Assembly (NCBI RefSeq): GCF_009914755.1 | Contig: NC_060927.1 | Direction: 5' to 3' (one strand) | DNA: 64,000 bases | DNA from: the human T2T-CHM13v2.0 reference genome, Homo sapiens | Shown here: positions 37,251-58,486 of the stretch, piece after piece | Layout: each line of letters begins with the position of its first letter | Position numbering within the stretch: position 1 is the first letter of the stretch | Position numbers and translations under genes: made by a program | Notes under the pieces: model-generated | What the model was told of the DNA's origin: nothing | The model's input: the letters and a program-made list of their open reading frames with translations, nothing else | The model's database searches: none

Positions 37251-39683
37251 CTTCCTTTCCTTTTTCCTTTGGTTTTAAACAAAAACAATTTTGGAAATAA
37301 AACACATATTATCTCCACCCATTTTGAAATTACTGGTTAAATTCAGTGTGTAAGTAACAACTATCTCATTTCTGCTTTTTCTGTGCTACTTTAGAAAATG
37401 TATCACTTTCCAATTTCCCAGTGTTTTTGTGGGAACTGGATGAGAGTATAGTGATTTCTGCAATTTCTATTATTTATCGTTTTGCAATTTGTCTTTAGGT
37501 GATAATGAGGTATCTATGCAAGAAATTAAAATTTCAGTGAGGCATTGAGATTTTCTCAATCAACCATCAAAACCTAGACAGATGGGACAGGATGTCTTTC
37601 TGTAGAGAAGACAAATTTCTCACAAAGTTTCATAAATAATATAGTTTAATAGAAGAAGGAAGTAAATGGGAAAACATTATAATAAAAATGATAACACAGC
37701 TTTGAAATTTATTTTATCATATAGAGAGTTTAGAGCTGAGACACAAGATATGCAGATTGTTATCTACATGATTTGTGGTTTTGCAGAATGTAAATAATTG
37801 TAGCCTTTGAGTTAGTGGCTGTCTATAATACCTAGATTTTTAAATATCATGGAATCATGAGATTAAAAGCTAAAGTCAATAAATACAGCTAGCATTGTCT
37901 CCTTTACTCCAACTTGAAGGTATTTCTTTCATCTTACTCTTAAGGAAAAAATTCCCAAACCTTACTACTTCTTGGCTTCATTATACTGAATTCATGAAAT
38001 GAGACTAGAAATATCTATTATTTGGTGACTTGGATTGCAAAGAAAGTGAAGCCATTTTATTTAGGACAAAATCTCCACTTTGGGGAGAAAATTATATTTC
38101 CTTAATATAACCTATTTTCAGCAAATATACTCCAGTGAAACTGTTAGGTTTGGTGTATTATAACAGGGATCCTTATGGGTGTTTAGTTTTTTAAACTTAT
38201 GGATCCTTTTGTTCAGCTTAGTGAAGATGGAGAATAACAACTTATCATTGTTCCTACTGTTTAAATAAACTAAATTCTTCTGATTCATTCTGGTATTACA
38301 TTTCTATTTATTATAAATATGGCTATGAAATTATGAAATTGTTTTCTTCAATGAATGTTATAATTTATTTAAACTCAATTTTTGTGTTAAATATATCTTT
38401 GTTTCTCTTTCAAGGAACAAAGGAGATTATATGGTCATTTCAAAATATTTGGGAAATTCTACTCTGGGTATTTTTTCAGAGATAGTTTATAACCAAGTCA
38501 TAGAAGAAAATCAATCTTATTACTTCATGAAAATATCAGATACTATATTCATAATAGCAATAGAACCTATGAAGCCCTTATGAGTAAAATTTAATAAGAA
38601 AAGTGTTGAAAGTGTATGAAAAAACTATGAAAACAACTATACGTGGATCTATCTTACATAATTTCCAGATATTTTTGACTATTTCAAAAAATCATTCCTG
38701 CTCTCAATAGTTGTCTATTACCAAATATTTAAATGCAAATTATCATGAAACATAAAAGATCATTAATAGATATTTTCTAAGAAAAATTTACAGGTTATTT
38801 ATTACTAATTTTACATTAGAACTATCAATGCCAAATATTCCTTACTAAAGGTAAAAATAGCATTTTATTATTCTTATTTCTATTAACATGCAGGTAATCA
38901 TCATTTTGTACACATTTACCCCAAAACATTTGGGAAGCTCTACGCTGGAAATTCTTTCAAAGATAGTTTATAAGTTATAGAAAAAAATTAATCTTTATCT
39001 ATGTTCATATCATATTTATATTTATACGCAAAAAATTAAAAATATAAATGGAACTATGTAATTTACATTTCTTTCTATTTTGATTTTTTTACTTAATAAT
39101 GCATTGAGAAAATGCTCCGATTTTTAACAGGTACAGCTCAAATCCATTTTCTTTATATCTGAAGACTATTCCACAGTCAGACTGTACCATAATTTATTCA
39201 GTCATTCTATAATTGATGAGTATTCTTTTTGTTTCCTGGCTTTGTCTTCATGAACAATGCTTTATTAGGTATCCTTGTGTTTCACGTTTGTATCTGGGTG
39301 ACAATATTTCTAGAATATATATCCAGAAGTGAGATTGTTAGATCAAAGATATATAAATTACTAATTTTGATAGATGTCAGCTTTGAAAGGCAGTTAAAAT
39401 TTATGTCAGTTATTTTAGATTGCAACTCTTTTTCACCTTTCTATCATCAGTAGATATTATTTCTCATTTTACTTTTTTGTTTATTTGACAAATGAAAACG
39501 ATGCGACAATTTAAAAAATATCCTTAATTATTAAGGAGGTTGAACATTGTTTCATATATTTATCGGTTTTTTTTTACATATTTATTAATCATGGTAAACA
39601 TATCTGTTCATATTTTTCACTCATTTTTTTCATTAGGTTGTCTACTTGTTCCTGCCAAGTTGTAAGAGAGTATATGTGTTGTG

Positions 39684-40065
<382 letters not shown>

Positions 40066-40206
40066 TTATGAATTCTTTTGTCATGCCATAAAAATTAGGT
40101 AGCTATGCCTATATTCAATGATTAGCCTAATTCTCTTTCTCATGCAATGGTTTTGGATTTGCATCTTTTTCCATTGCAATGGTCTTCCACATGGTTTTAT
40201 TGCCTC

Positions 40207-40703
40207 TGGAGGGTGGTAGAATATGCCACACCAAAATATGCCACTTTGGCAGATGGATTATTTTGAGCTAAAGGTACATAAAGAAACAGCAGATGGAAGA
40301 AGGGCATTCTAATTTCACCTCTTCTTCCTCAAAACAAGTGGTTAAAAACTCCCATGTAAAAGATGCCCTCCCTGTACCAGAAGAAATGAAACATTATTTT
40401 CATTTTTTAATGAATTCTATCCAAGAGAATTCTATACAAACAACGCTTGTTAAAATAATTCTAATCTTCCTTTTACCTCCCTGCATAATTTAGCTGCTTT
40501 TCCACAATTGCTTTTCTTTGTTCAACCTAGTATGAAAGCCTTTAGGTTTTGCCACATGTTCAGGTCTTCATTTACTTATGAGGACTTTTATGTTATGTAA
40601 AACTTTTATACATTTGTATGCTTTTCTCTTCTGAATCTGGCTTATGTCCATCTGATTCTCAGGCCAACTAAGAGAGTAGAGGCAAAATTTTGCCTCCCCT
40701 ACA
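40207..40703 (+). mobile_element. ERV1 solo LTR (MER34-like)
   Basis: TG...CA ends; ccaaaatatgccactttggc...ggattattttgagct motif; 4-bp TSD cctc at 40203-40206 and 40704-40707. Confidence 0.82.
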
Positions 40704-40894
40704 CCTCAAATATATGCATTCATTTCAGTATTTTCCAATTTTAGTGTCAAATACCTAAACACACACTTTGTAAACAGATTTTACTAATGGATGTAAGTTA
40801 GACTTTAAAAACTGTTAATTAAATGGGAAACTCAAAGGTATAAATATAATAAAATGCTACCGCTTTGTGTTATCTTTAGTGATTGTCTTTGTAA

Positions 40895-40912
40895 CATGTT
40901 TTCTTATTACAG
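40895..40912 (+). other. Putative splice acceptor before OR5AC2 coding exon
   Basis: tgttttcttattacAG|TGA, 8 nt before the ATG. Confidence 0.65.
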
Positions 40913-40920
40913 TGACGAGT

Positions 40921-41850
40921 ATGGATATATCAGAGGGAAATAAGACTCTTGTGACAGAGTTTGTTCTCACAGGACTTACAGATCGACCATGGCTGCACGT
41001 CCTCTTCTTTGTTGTGTTTTTGGTGGTCTATCTCATCACCATGGTGGGCAACCTTGGACTGATAGTTCTAATTTGGAACGACCCCCATCTTCATATGCCC
41101 ATGTACTTATTCCTTGGTGGTTTAGCCTTTTCAGATGCTTGTACTTCAACCTCTATAACCCCTAGGATGCTGGTCAATTTCTTAGACAAGACTGCAATGA
41201 TATCCCTAGCTGAGTGCATCACCCAGTTTTACTTTTTTGCTTCCAGTGCAACTACAGAATGCTTCCTCCTGGTGATGATGGCCTATGACCGCTATGTAGC
41301 CATATGTAATCCCTTGCTTTATCCAGTGATGATGTCCAACAAACTCAGCGCTCAGTTGCTAAGTATTTCATATGTAATTGGTTTCCTGCATCCTCTGGTT
41401 CATGTGAGTTTACTATTGCGACTAACTTTCTGCAGGTTTAACATAATACATTATTTCTACTGTGAAATTTTACAACTGTTCAAAATTTCATGCAATGGTC
41501 CATCTATTAACGCACTAATGATATTTATTTTTGGTGCTTTTATACAAATACCCACTTTAATGACTATCATAATCTCTTATACTCGTGTGCTCTTTGATAT
41601 TCTGAAAAAAAAGTCTGAAAAGGGCAGAAGCAAAGCCTTCTCCACATGCGGCGCCCATCTGCTTTCTGTCTCATTGTACTACGGAACTCTGATCTTCATG
41701 TATGTGCGTCCTGCATCTGGCTTAGCTGAAGACCAAGACAAAGTGTATTCTCTGTTTTACACGATTATAATTCCCCTGCTAAACCCATTTATTTACAGCT
41801 TGAGAAATAAAAAAGTCATGCATGCATTGAGAAGAGTTATAAGGAAGTAA
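40921..41850 (+). CDS. OR5AC2: Olfactory receptor 5AC2, 309-aa class A GPCR, intact single coding exon
   Basis: [21 protein letters not shown]; N-glycosylation sequon NKT; [48 protein letters not shown]; 930 nt with no stop. Confidence 0.97.
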   Translation: MDISEGNKTLVTEFVLTGLTDRPWLHVLFFVVFLVVYLITMVGNLGLIVLIWNDPHLHMPMYLFLGGLAFSDACTSTSITPRMLVNFLDKTAMISLAECITQFYFFASSATTECFLLVMMAYDRYVAICNPLLYPVMMSNKLSAQLLSISYVIGFLHPLVHVSLLLRLTFCRFNIIHYFYCEILQLFKISCNGPSINALMIFIFGAFIQIPTLMTIIISYTRVLFDILKKKSEKGRSKAFSTCGAHLLSVSLYYGTLIFMYVRPASGLAEDQDKVYSLFYTIIIPLLNPFIYSLRNKKVMHALRRVIRK

Positions 41851-42756
41851 ACAGTTCCAAAGGGAAATGTCAAATCATTTATTTTTTCACCCTTTGCATA
41901 AATAAGTCAACAAGTCTTGTGGTTAGCCATGGCTCTGCCATTTCATCAGAGGGCTAGTGGTCAGGGTGGTCACTGAGCACTACGTGAAGAAACCCAGCTT
42001 TGTACAATGTTTACTTGGATTTGGGTCCAGTTGAAGTGTCTTTACATCAACCATGGTTGATTTCTTTAAAAACATTTTACTTCCTTGTTTTCTGAACATT
42101 TAATCTTGAAAATTTATTATTTTCCAGGGACCCTACACCTAAATTCCATTGAATAACCGACAATAATTGAAACTGTTATATAAGAGCCATTTAGTTCACA
42201 AACCTAGTTTACTGCACTAGGCTCTGTGATACCCTACCATACAAGAATAAAATGATAAAAACTCAGAGTCTTGCAGAAAAAGTGTTCTAGAAATAAAAGT
42301 GAGAAATAGTAATAAAAATTAAGAGTTTAAAAAATGGTGTATTTTTTAATTTTTAATTTCTGGTATATCTTAATGACAAAAAGTTTTAAAAGCTTGTCTT
42401 GAACAATGGACCATCAAAATTTAAAACTTTCCATATCTAAAGTCGATATACTAGCTTTAATATAAGGCATTATATAATACAATTGCATTCAATAATATGC
42501 AGGTTAGAAAATATCTCAGGATATAGCCTTCTCAAACAGTACAGATCTTCTATACTCTATTTACAGGAATATTTTGTTTGCAATTATAAGCATGATAAAA
42601 AAATTTGCATAGAGATTGCATTGCTATACTCCAAGAGGCAGAAGACAAGGATAAGAAACAGGTCAAATATGTATGGATATTGGTGTAAAATTGAGCTGGT
42701 AGATTCTTTTAAAGGTGAGATCAGGTTCTCTTGGTGTCAGCCACCAATTTACTTCC

Positions 42757-43023
42757 TTTTTTTTTTTTTTTTTTTTTTTTGTTTGAGACAGAGTCTCTGT
42801 TGTCCAGGCTGGAGTGCAGTGGTGCAGTCTCGACTCACTGCAACCTCTGCCTCTCAGGTTCAAGCTATTCTCCCGCCTCAGCCTACTGAGTAGCTAGAAT
42901 TACAGGCATATGCCACCAGGCGGGCTAATTTTTGTGTTTTTAATAGAGACAGGATTTCACCACACTGGCCGGGCTGGTCTTGAACTCCTGACCTCAGGTA
43001 ATCCTGCTGCCTCGGCCTCCCAC
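42757..43023 (-). mobile_element. AluS, 5'-truncated
   Basis: Poly(T) then antisense Alu ending gcctcggcctccca; approximate TSD caa(t/c)ttacttc. Confidence 0.93.
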
Positions 43024-43223
43024 AACTTACTTCTTTTCAGTGACAGACCTACGTTAATATATGTATCAGCTATTTTAGCAAAATGGAACTGACACATATT
43101 TCCTTTTGCAAAGTATGAATCATGTTCTTTGAGCAAGCTGTTTTTTCAAGCATTATATTTAGGAAGAAAGAATTAATAGGAAATGAAAATTAAAATTTAA
43201 GTTGTTGCAACAGGAGTGAAACT

Positions 43224-43599
43224 TGTTAAAGAAAAATTTTAGCTGAATAAAATTTTAAAAAGTTTAATTGAGCAGAGAACAATTTGCCAATTGGGCAGTT
43301 TCCCAGCCAGAGTAGGCTCAGAGACTCCACGGCAGCTACATGGTGGAAGATTTGTGGACAGAAAAAGGAAAGTGACATACAGAAAACAAAAATGAGATAC
43401 AGAAAGAGCCAGATTGGTTACAGCTCCACGTTTTTCTTATTTGAACATGGTTTGAACAGGTGGCCACCTTTAGCCAAAACTCGGTGACTGGTACAAGAGC
43501 AGGTTACAGTTTGTTAACAATTCTGTTTAGGTTTGTACAGACAAAGTTTTAGGCATAAAATATATAAGGAGGCAGCCTTAGGCTAAACTTAATTTAACA
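43224..43599 (-). mobile_element. ERV1 solo LTR (MER57-like)
   Basis: TGTTAAA...TTTAACA ends; reverse complement starts tgttaaattaagtttagcctaaggctgcctcc. Confidence 0.8.
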
Positions 43600-43847
43600 A
43601 AGTGTGCTCTTGTTGAAGAATTTTAAAAGTTATTTTTAGTTAGCTTTTTTGCCTGTAATTCCAACAGATACACCAAAATATTAATCTAATATGTAGACAT
43701 ATTCTATATCTTAAATGTATTGATTATTTGACTTAGGAATATAAATTTAAAATGTTAATTCATTTGTATAGGTGTACAGTTTCATTCCTATGGATCTCCA
43801 CTAACAAATGGCTTTTTTAAAAACTACACAACTGAATGTACTCCTTT

Positions 43848-50307
<6,460 letters not shown>

Positions 50308-51912
50308 CAACTTGAATGTATTTTCTTTAGGAATATTATTGGCATCATGGAGATTCTGATTAAATTTCCCATCTTGGTGGTTAACTTAACAATGACTATA
50401 TAAGTTATAATTAATTTGCTATTACATTTTTTAAAAATTTTGAATTAGGGCCCTATTCCTATAATTTGCTGTTGATGGTCTGTTATAATCTCTTAAGTTC
50501 TTGTTATCATTTGACAAGAGATAAATTTATTTCCACTTGTACATGTATCAACCTTAATTTTTTTTTTAGTCTGAGTGGCATTACATGTTTCTAATTTCTG
50601 CAGTGATACTTTATGACTGAATTGTTAAAACTACAACTGATTACTACATTCTTATTAATCTTCTAGTGGATGTAATGTTAGCAAATACTTTCTTTTAAAC
50701 TAACCATAGTATTGTTATTTAATGCAGCAAAATTAATAACAGTTGTTTGATATTATTTAATGTCAGTGTGTGTTCAATATTCCCAATTTGCCTGAAAAAT
50801 TTTGTTCTTTGGTTGAACCAGGATTTAAACAAGACGTGCATATTGTATTTGTATTATGGTTTTTAACAGTTCCAATTTTAGTGATATTCACTGCTGACAG
50901 TTCGGATGTTGTCATTGCAAGCCTCCCCTTATTGAGTTCTCTACGAACCCAAAACAAAATGATTTTAATGATTATTGGTTAGATCTTTTATTTCATCAGA
51001 GGTTGCAAAATGGAAATTCCCCAAGTCTATTCTTCTGCATTCATTAGCTATAATTCTTCTACAAAGAAGAACTTTCTCTCATGAATTTGGATTTCTGAAA
51101 TATGGTTCATGAAAGAGAGGCAGAATAAATTCCTGATTCTTTCCCTTCACTTATCTGTTTTCAAAACATTTAGCTAGAGCTGTAGCAACTTCCCAAGGTG
51201 ACCAATGAGGTTTATTTATTTTTTTCATTTGTTTGAAGGGGGTGTTACTATAAACTCAAAAATTTTAATATATTTGATGTGATTAATCAATTGCAATAAT
51301 TATACTTTTAAAGCTTAAATTATTACATATTTAATCAAAGGAATTGCTTTAAGTTAGTTCCTGTGTCTTTGGCCTTTTACACCATAGATTGGTTTTGCAT
51401 GTTTTTGAACTTAGTATTATGGGAATCATGTGGTATGAAATACTTTAGATTTTGTCTAATATTTGGCTATTTCATTTAATGCTGTTGTGTAAATTCTGGT
51501 CAATGTCTTCTGGTACACAGGTATACACATTTTTGTTGGGCATATATGTAGGAATAAAACTTAAGTATCATAAAGTGTGCCTATTTTCAATATTTGGAGA
51601 TATTACATTATCTATAAAAATCTGTACTCATCATCTTAGTTTATTAGCTGTTGCTTTGAATATCAATGATTCTTTGAGGGGAAAAACAGGTTAACTACTT
51701 TAGTCTCCCTTCTCTTCTGGATCTTGGCTCCATAATTGCCTTGCTGATCACTGATCCCTATAGACCAATTATTTCATAAATTTTTGTCCAGCTTTTCTGT
51801 TTTTTACAGGAGGAAAAACAACCTACTCTGCCATTACTATAAGCAGATATTATAATTTTTAAAGATAATGTTTTTGTTTCTGTTCCCTAAGATTTTAAGA
51901 TTTCTCCTATAA

Positions 51913-52227
51913 TTTTTTTTGTTTTGTTTTTGTTTTTGTTTTTTGTGAGACAGGGTCTCACTCTGTTGCTCAGGCTGGAGTGCAGTAGTGTAATCTTGAC
52001 TCACTGCAACCTCTACTTCCAAGTTCAAGTGATTATCCTGACTCAGCCTCCCGAGTAGCTAGAACTACAGGCAGGCACCACCATGCCTTTCTAATTTTTG
52101 TATTTTTAGTAGAGACTGGGTTTTGCCATGTTGGCCAGGCTGGTCTCAAACTCCTGACCTCAAGTGACCCACTAGCCCCAGCCTCCCAAAGTGCTGGGAT
52201 TACAGGCATGAGCCACCACATCCAGCC
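51913..52227 (-). mobile_element. Alu (AluS/J)
   Basis: (GTTTT)n tail then antisense Alu; approximate TSD tcctataat. Confidence 0.94.
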
Positions 52228-52309
52228 TTTCCTATAATATTTTAAAAACATGATTAACTAGTAAATTTTTAATTTGTGCAAACTTTGTCAGAGTTGGTAT
52301 TATTTTCTT

Positions 52310-52731
52310 TTTCTTTTAACTTCTTTTATTTCTATTTTTTAATTTTAGATTCAGGGGTACAGGTGCAGATTTGCTACATGGCTATACTGTGTGATGCTGA
52401 GGTTTGAGCTTCTAATGATCCCTATCCATCACCTAAGTAGTGAACATAGTACCCAATAGGTAACTTTTCAATCCTTGCCTCCTTCTCTCCCTCTCTCCTT
52501 TTGGAATCCCCAGTGTTTATTTTCACCATCTTTATGTCTGTGTGTACCTGATGTTTAGCTCCCTCTTATAAGTGAGAACATGTGGTATTTTGTTTTCTGT
52601 CTCTACGTTAGTTTGTTTAGGATAATGACCTCTAGCTCCACCCATGTTGCTACAAAGGACATGATTTCATTTCTTTTTATGGCTGTATAGTATTCCGTGG
52701 TGTATATATACCACATTTTCTTTATCCAATT
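52310..52731 (-). mobile_element. L1PA15-17-type 3' fragment
   Basis: gattcaggggtacaggtgcagatttgctacatgg...ccacattttctttatcca; TSD caga(g/t)ttggtat(t/c)attttctt. Confidence 0.88.
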
Positions 52732-53679
52732 CAGATTTGGTATCATTTTCTTAAAATTATTTGAAAAATTTAATCCTTTCTCTATGTTATGGAATAATGG
52801 CATTGAAACGGTCTTATCCTTAAAATTTTGGTAACATTTTCCTGTAAAACCATCTATTCTTGGTGATTTATTTTTACAAGGACTTGAGAGATTTCTCTAA
52901 TTTTCCTGTCAAAATAGGCATTTTGATTTTTGTCTCTAATAGGGTCAAGTTTGGTGAGTTATATTGTTTTATTAAATTGTCAATTTTTTTCTAGGTTTAC
53001 AAATTTATCTGCCTAGAGTTGGACAAAGGCTTTTGTGTATGAAATTTGCACAAAACAGAGCTACCCACAGACAGTACATTTTCCCTCCTCAGTAAGTGAG
53101 TCTTAATCACTATGCTCTAAGTATTTCTCAGAGGAAAGCTTTGCAGCTCAAGCTGCATATTTGTCGGACATTTGGGGTTTTAGTATCTTGTAACTGATCG
53201 TAGTTTGTTGTGTATTCTACTATGACTAAGGCAGTGAAAGGGAAAATTTTGTAACCCTTACTGGTAATAATCAGACTTGGTAACTCTCACGGCCTGCTTT
53301 CAGAAGACATACTGTCAATTAGTTGGAGATTTCAGGGCTTCCACTTGGGTTCATGAACTCTGTTAGCTTCACTCACTGAGTATGTGTCCCTTCTCTCACT
53401 AGGCTGGCATGCCACACAGAAATGCAATGGGTCTGGAGAGAAACTGGATGCTTGGACACTTTTAAAAGAGAACTCTTAATTTTTATAGTAAGATTTTTTA
53501 AAAAGCAATAAACTCATTTTTTTTTCTCAGCGACATTGCATATGTGAGTCACAAATGAAATTCTGATTTTTAACTTCAGCTCCTAGATTTATCTTATTGT
53601 CAAAAAATATCGGAATCGTTCACCTGAAAAACCTGTTAATTACAGTAGGCAAAAACTTTGTGTAGAATATTATTGAATA

Positions 53680-53995
53680 TGAGGGCCTAAGGCTTTTGAT
53701 TTTCCTTATAAGAGTCATTCGAAGCTGTTTGAGAGTTTAAGTGGAGATGCTGTGATGGGTCTGAGCAGTAGTGACATCAGCAATCTGGCATTTTGCCAAG
53801 ATGACATTGGCTCAAATGTAGAGATTAGCAGGAGGACATGTTAGAAAAACACATTTGGATTATTAAAAGGTCATTTAAGTATTCCAGACAGGTGATGGTT
53901 TTCTTGAATTTGGAGAGAAGTTGATGGTTTCGTGAGACATTAAAGAGATAAAACAATGCACTTGACAATGGCTTGATATCAGTTTAAGGGAGAGT
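53680..53995 (-). mobile_element. L2 remnant (copy in OR5AC4P cassette)
   Basis: gagataaaacaatgcacttgacaatggcttga parallels aagataaaatctggaagacttgacaatggttga at ~14210. Confidence 0.5.
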
Positions 53996-54019
53996 TTTTT
54001 CTTTAAGGTTGGTTTCCTC

Positions 54020-54172
54020 ACAGTGAAACCTGAAAACACAAAGTGTGTGGTTTTAGTTGTTATACCTGCCTTTACCTAGGGTGATTCATTGATTAGCTCA
54101 TAATGCCCAGCAGAAAAACTTTGCCTTTATCCTACAGGGAATCTATTGGTAGCTTTCACTGAGGGAATTCCC
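54020..54172 (+). promoter_or_regulatory. Putative OR5AC4P promoter block
   Basis: TGATTAG 54090-54096 and TCCTACAGGGA 54130-54140; paralogous to the other two blocks. Confidence 0.55.
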
Positions 54173-54586
54173 CATTCTTCTTTTTTTCCCCATAAATAGA
54201 TTTTACAAAGAGTACAAAATTTATCTTTTTGCTGTGGATATTTCCAAGGAAAATCTTTGCACAGTAACAACCACTTAAGTCTGCACCTTCCACTTTTTTT
54301 CATTTTAAGGATTTTAGGTGGAGTTGCAGTAGTAGATGTGAAAGCAGTGGTGAATTCATCAGTTTGGCAATTTATAAAGATGACTTTGGCCCTAATCTAT
54401 GGTATAGGAAATATACATATTTTTCTATTTTTTTTTTTTCTCCAGGAAACCACCAACTTTCCTTCAGGAAAACTAACACTTTCTCAATCTTCAAAAGACT
54501 TACAGAAACTGAGTGGACACCTGAATCTGTCTAATTTTCACTATTTGCAGTCTGTCAATTTGCCTGTTTAAAAATAAAATATCCAG

Positions 54587-54592
54587 GTAAGA
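54587..54592 (+). other. Putative 5' UTR splice donor of OR5AC4P (CAG|GTAAGA)
   Basis: Near-consensus donor at the position homologous to 14938. Confidence 0.5.
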
Positions 54593-54952
54593 AATGAAAA
54601 TCCTGGTAACCATGTGAAATTTTCTGTTTTCCTTCATGATAGACAGTTTTTGATGCCTACCATAAATACTAGGTTTTACTGATGAAACATACACATTAAG
54701 ATTTATTTTTAATAGTAAACTTGGAATAATACAAGAAAGAGACAAATGAAAAATATAATAATGACTGAAAAGTTTCAGAGGTAATTTCATACTGTAGAAA
54801 CTTCCCTTTGTCAATATATGAACAATTAAGTTATGCTGTTCAAGCTTCCTTGTTTTTTCATAGAATAATGAGAAGATGAGATAAAGTCATCAGTGATAAA
54901 TTTCTTAGGCTCCTTAATTCCAAACTAATGGGGAGATATATATGGAGATTTC

Positions 54953-54991
<39 letters not shown>

Positions 54992-55074
54992 ATCTATCTA
55001 TCTATCATCTATCTATCATCTAGTTTATCTAATCTACCATATCTATATCTATCATCCATCTATCTCTATCTATC

Positions 55075-55109
<35 letters not shown>

Positions 55110-55185
55110 ATCTATCTATTATCTATCTAATTATCCATCTAGTTTATCTAATCTATTATCTATGTATCTATCTATCTATCTATCT
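54953..55185 (+). repeat. Compound (TATC)n / GATA-type tetranucleotide repeat
   Basis: Runs of tcta interrupted by tca and tagttta, read directly. Confidence 0.96.
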
Positions 55186-57256
55186 TAAGGGAAAATATTC
55201 AAAATACTTGATAGCTCTTGACCTAATTATCCAAATTGGAAATATCAATTATGGGCTGGGATTGAAAAGAAAGCTAGTCAGGCTCATTCAGAACAAAACC
55301 TCCACTTTGGAAACTAAATGATGGGTCCATAGACCAAATTTTAGTTGAGACATGTGAATCAGTCTTCTTGCTGCTTGTGTTGTGTTTCCAGGGCTCCTTG
55401 GGAATATATACTTTCAAAGGTAGATTTTTAAAACAAATATTCTCTCACTCTGTTCTTAGTGAAGATGGGAAATAACAACTCATCCTCCTTCTTAATGTGG
55501 ACCTATTAAGAAAAAATTGCCTTTGGATATATTTTAAAGTTAAACAAATCCAATTTTAATCAACAGGTAAATTTCAAAAATATACGTTAATCAACAAGAA
55601 TTATGTATATGCAATTGTGTTATTCATTTTATTTTGAGAAACAACTAAATGTAAACACCAAATTACAGGTGCATTTTCCCCTTCTAGGTAATCTAAAAAG
55701 CTCTCAATTCACCTCCAAATATCTTCAGATTTTTTCATTTAGATTTTCTTTAAGACGAAGTTTATAGTCACAGAACAAAATCAAACAAATTTCTTAAAAA
55801 AAATCAAATATTCCATACATAATATCGACAAAAATTATACAATACTTAGCAATGTATCCAAAAAAGTACTTGGATATGAAGAAAACTATTAAAATTTATA
55901 CTTGATCACTTATTTATTTACCAACATTTTGACTACTCCCCCACAAAAAATCACTCTTAATGGTTGGAGTCAGATACCACTGAGAATATTTAAAAGAATT
56001 TGCTACATAATCAAAAAAAAATTGTGTAAGATACAGTTTTACAAAAAAAATTATTAATTTCTATTTTTTATTAAAATTTATATTGCTACCCACTAAGTAC
56101 AGTAATAGTATTGTTATTCTTGTTTTGCTCCATTTCTCTTTCTTACCATTAACAAGCTCATGCATATTCTTTAATGTAAAGCTTTGTACATATAAAGAGA
56201 TATATAATTGCATAAATAGGGTGATAACATATATTTTGTTTTTATTACACCCTTTTTTTGGGGGGACTGCTTATCTCTCTTATCTCCCTTATTCTCTCCT
56301 CTTCCTATACTCAGACAAGAAACATTAACAATATAATTTCATTCTATCTTTATGTTCACATGGTTATATGCAAATATGTGTGTATGTGCACAGATATACA
56401 TAGAATAAAAATTTTTAACAATTTATTATCTGTTAATGTGGACAAAACATATCCATTTCTCTACATCAGGCTTTTCTCACTTTACTAACAATTTTGGAAA
56501 TTTCTGAGTCAACTGGTAGAGCTGTAACTCATTTTTAAATGGCTGACACAATTTTGATTAGGATGACTACATCAGGATATGTTCAACCTTTGCTTCATCC
56601 TGATTGGTTTTTATATTATTGCTAGTCTTTTGCCATCATGAATAATGCTTTGGTAGATCTCTCTTCCTATGAAGTGATGTTATTGCTCTAGAATAGATTA
56701 CAGGCATGGATTGCTGAGTTGAAAGGTATGTGTATGTTTACTTAAAAACAAGTCAAGTTTTATTTAAAAGACTTAGTAATTCATTTTCACCATTAAGTGT
56801 GAGAGCAGCCTTTTCCAAATTCCTGCAAGCAGCAAATGTTGCTAACCTGAGGAGTGAAAAGTTACATTTTATTGTTACTTTGTTAGTACATCATATATGC
56901 TGGAAAAGTTGAGCATTATTTTCCTAACTTTATTAGATATTTTAAAATATTTTTCAGTGACTTGCCTTTTAATTCCTTTTTAATTTTTCTATGAATTATT
57001 TAACTTTTCTAATCAATTAGTAAGATTTCTTTGCATGTGACTAGGTACTAATATTTTATCTACCATATTTACTGTAAATATTTTTTCCAAACTTGTATTC
57101 ATCTTTCACTTAGTAAGAGATTTGTCACATACTACATATTCATGAAATTAAAAATTAGATTAAATATGCCTATATCTTTCTTATAATTTATGGGATTCCT
57201 ATCTTGGTTAGGTAATTAAATTATATTTATTTCATTAATTTTCTTAGAATGTTTAA

Positions 57257-57595
<339 letters not shown>

Positions 57596-58486
57596 TAATT
57601 TTTACTTTCAAGTTCTTGATCTATTACAATTTTAAAATCAGGTATGAGAGAGAGAACTATTCTTACTTTATTTCCAGATAGATAGACACTTATTTACACT
57701 TGTACTATATATTCAATAAATCATTTTTTCTCAATGATTTGTCACCCATGCAATACACTAAATTTATATATATACTTGAAACTATCTCCCAGAGTCCTTA
57801 TTTTGTTTTATTATTATATTTTTCTATTTCCAGTCATGTCTTATTCTATGGAATGTCTTTATGTTTTAACACTACTGCACACTGTACTATTCATATTGTT
57901 CATATTGTCATTTCTACTATTGTTATTTATTTAATTAAACAATACAATATCAGCAAAAATATGAATTTATCTTTTATAATTTTAATGACATTTTATTATA
58001 TCTCTACTATATTATTTCATTTAATTTTAACATCTCATGTGTATTAGAATTTCCAAGATAATATTCCATAATAATGGTCATAGTGAGCATTTCAACCAGT
58101 TTTTAATGTGAAAGGAGGTGCTTTATTACTTAGAACATGTGTGCTCATTTAACATTTAGCATATTAAAATAGCTTATTCTATTTCTATTTAAAGTTTTTA
58201 AATTAGAAGATGATCATCAAATTGCAATAAAATTGTTCAAATTAAACAGTAAACCCACTTCTTTTATACAGGCAATGAAATTCTTACTATATACATGTTT
58301 TTAATTTTTAGAATCACTTTTCCAAACACTTATCATTTGGAAAGAATACTTACTGAAGGGTAAAGGGATACATAAACAAGGAAGATACATTTCTTTTTTC
58401 AAATAAAATGTGACTACTTTCATCGTCTTTTATGACTGTGTTCTTCACTTACTTTTTCATTGCAGTGATCAGCATGAGTGGGTATA

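Noticed and set aside
40867-40920. 18-aa hydrophobic signal-like extension of OR5AC2
   Set aside because: Begins at GTG and translates the intronic pyrimidine tract upstream of the acceptor at 40912.
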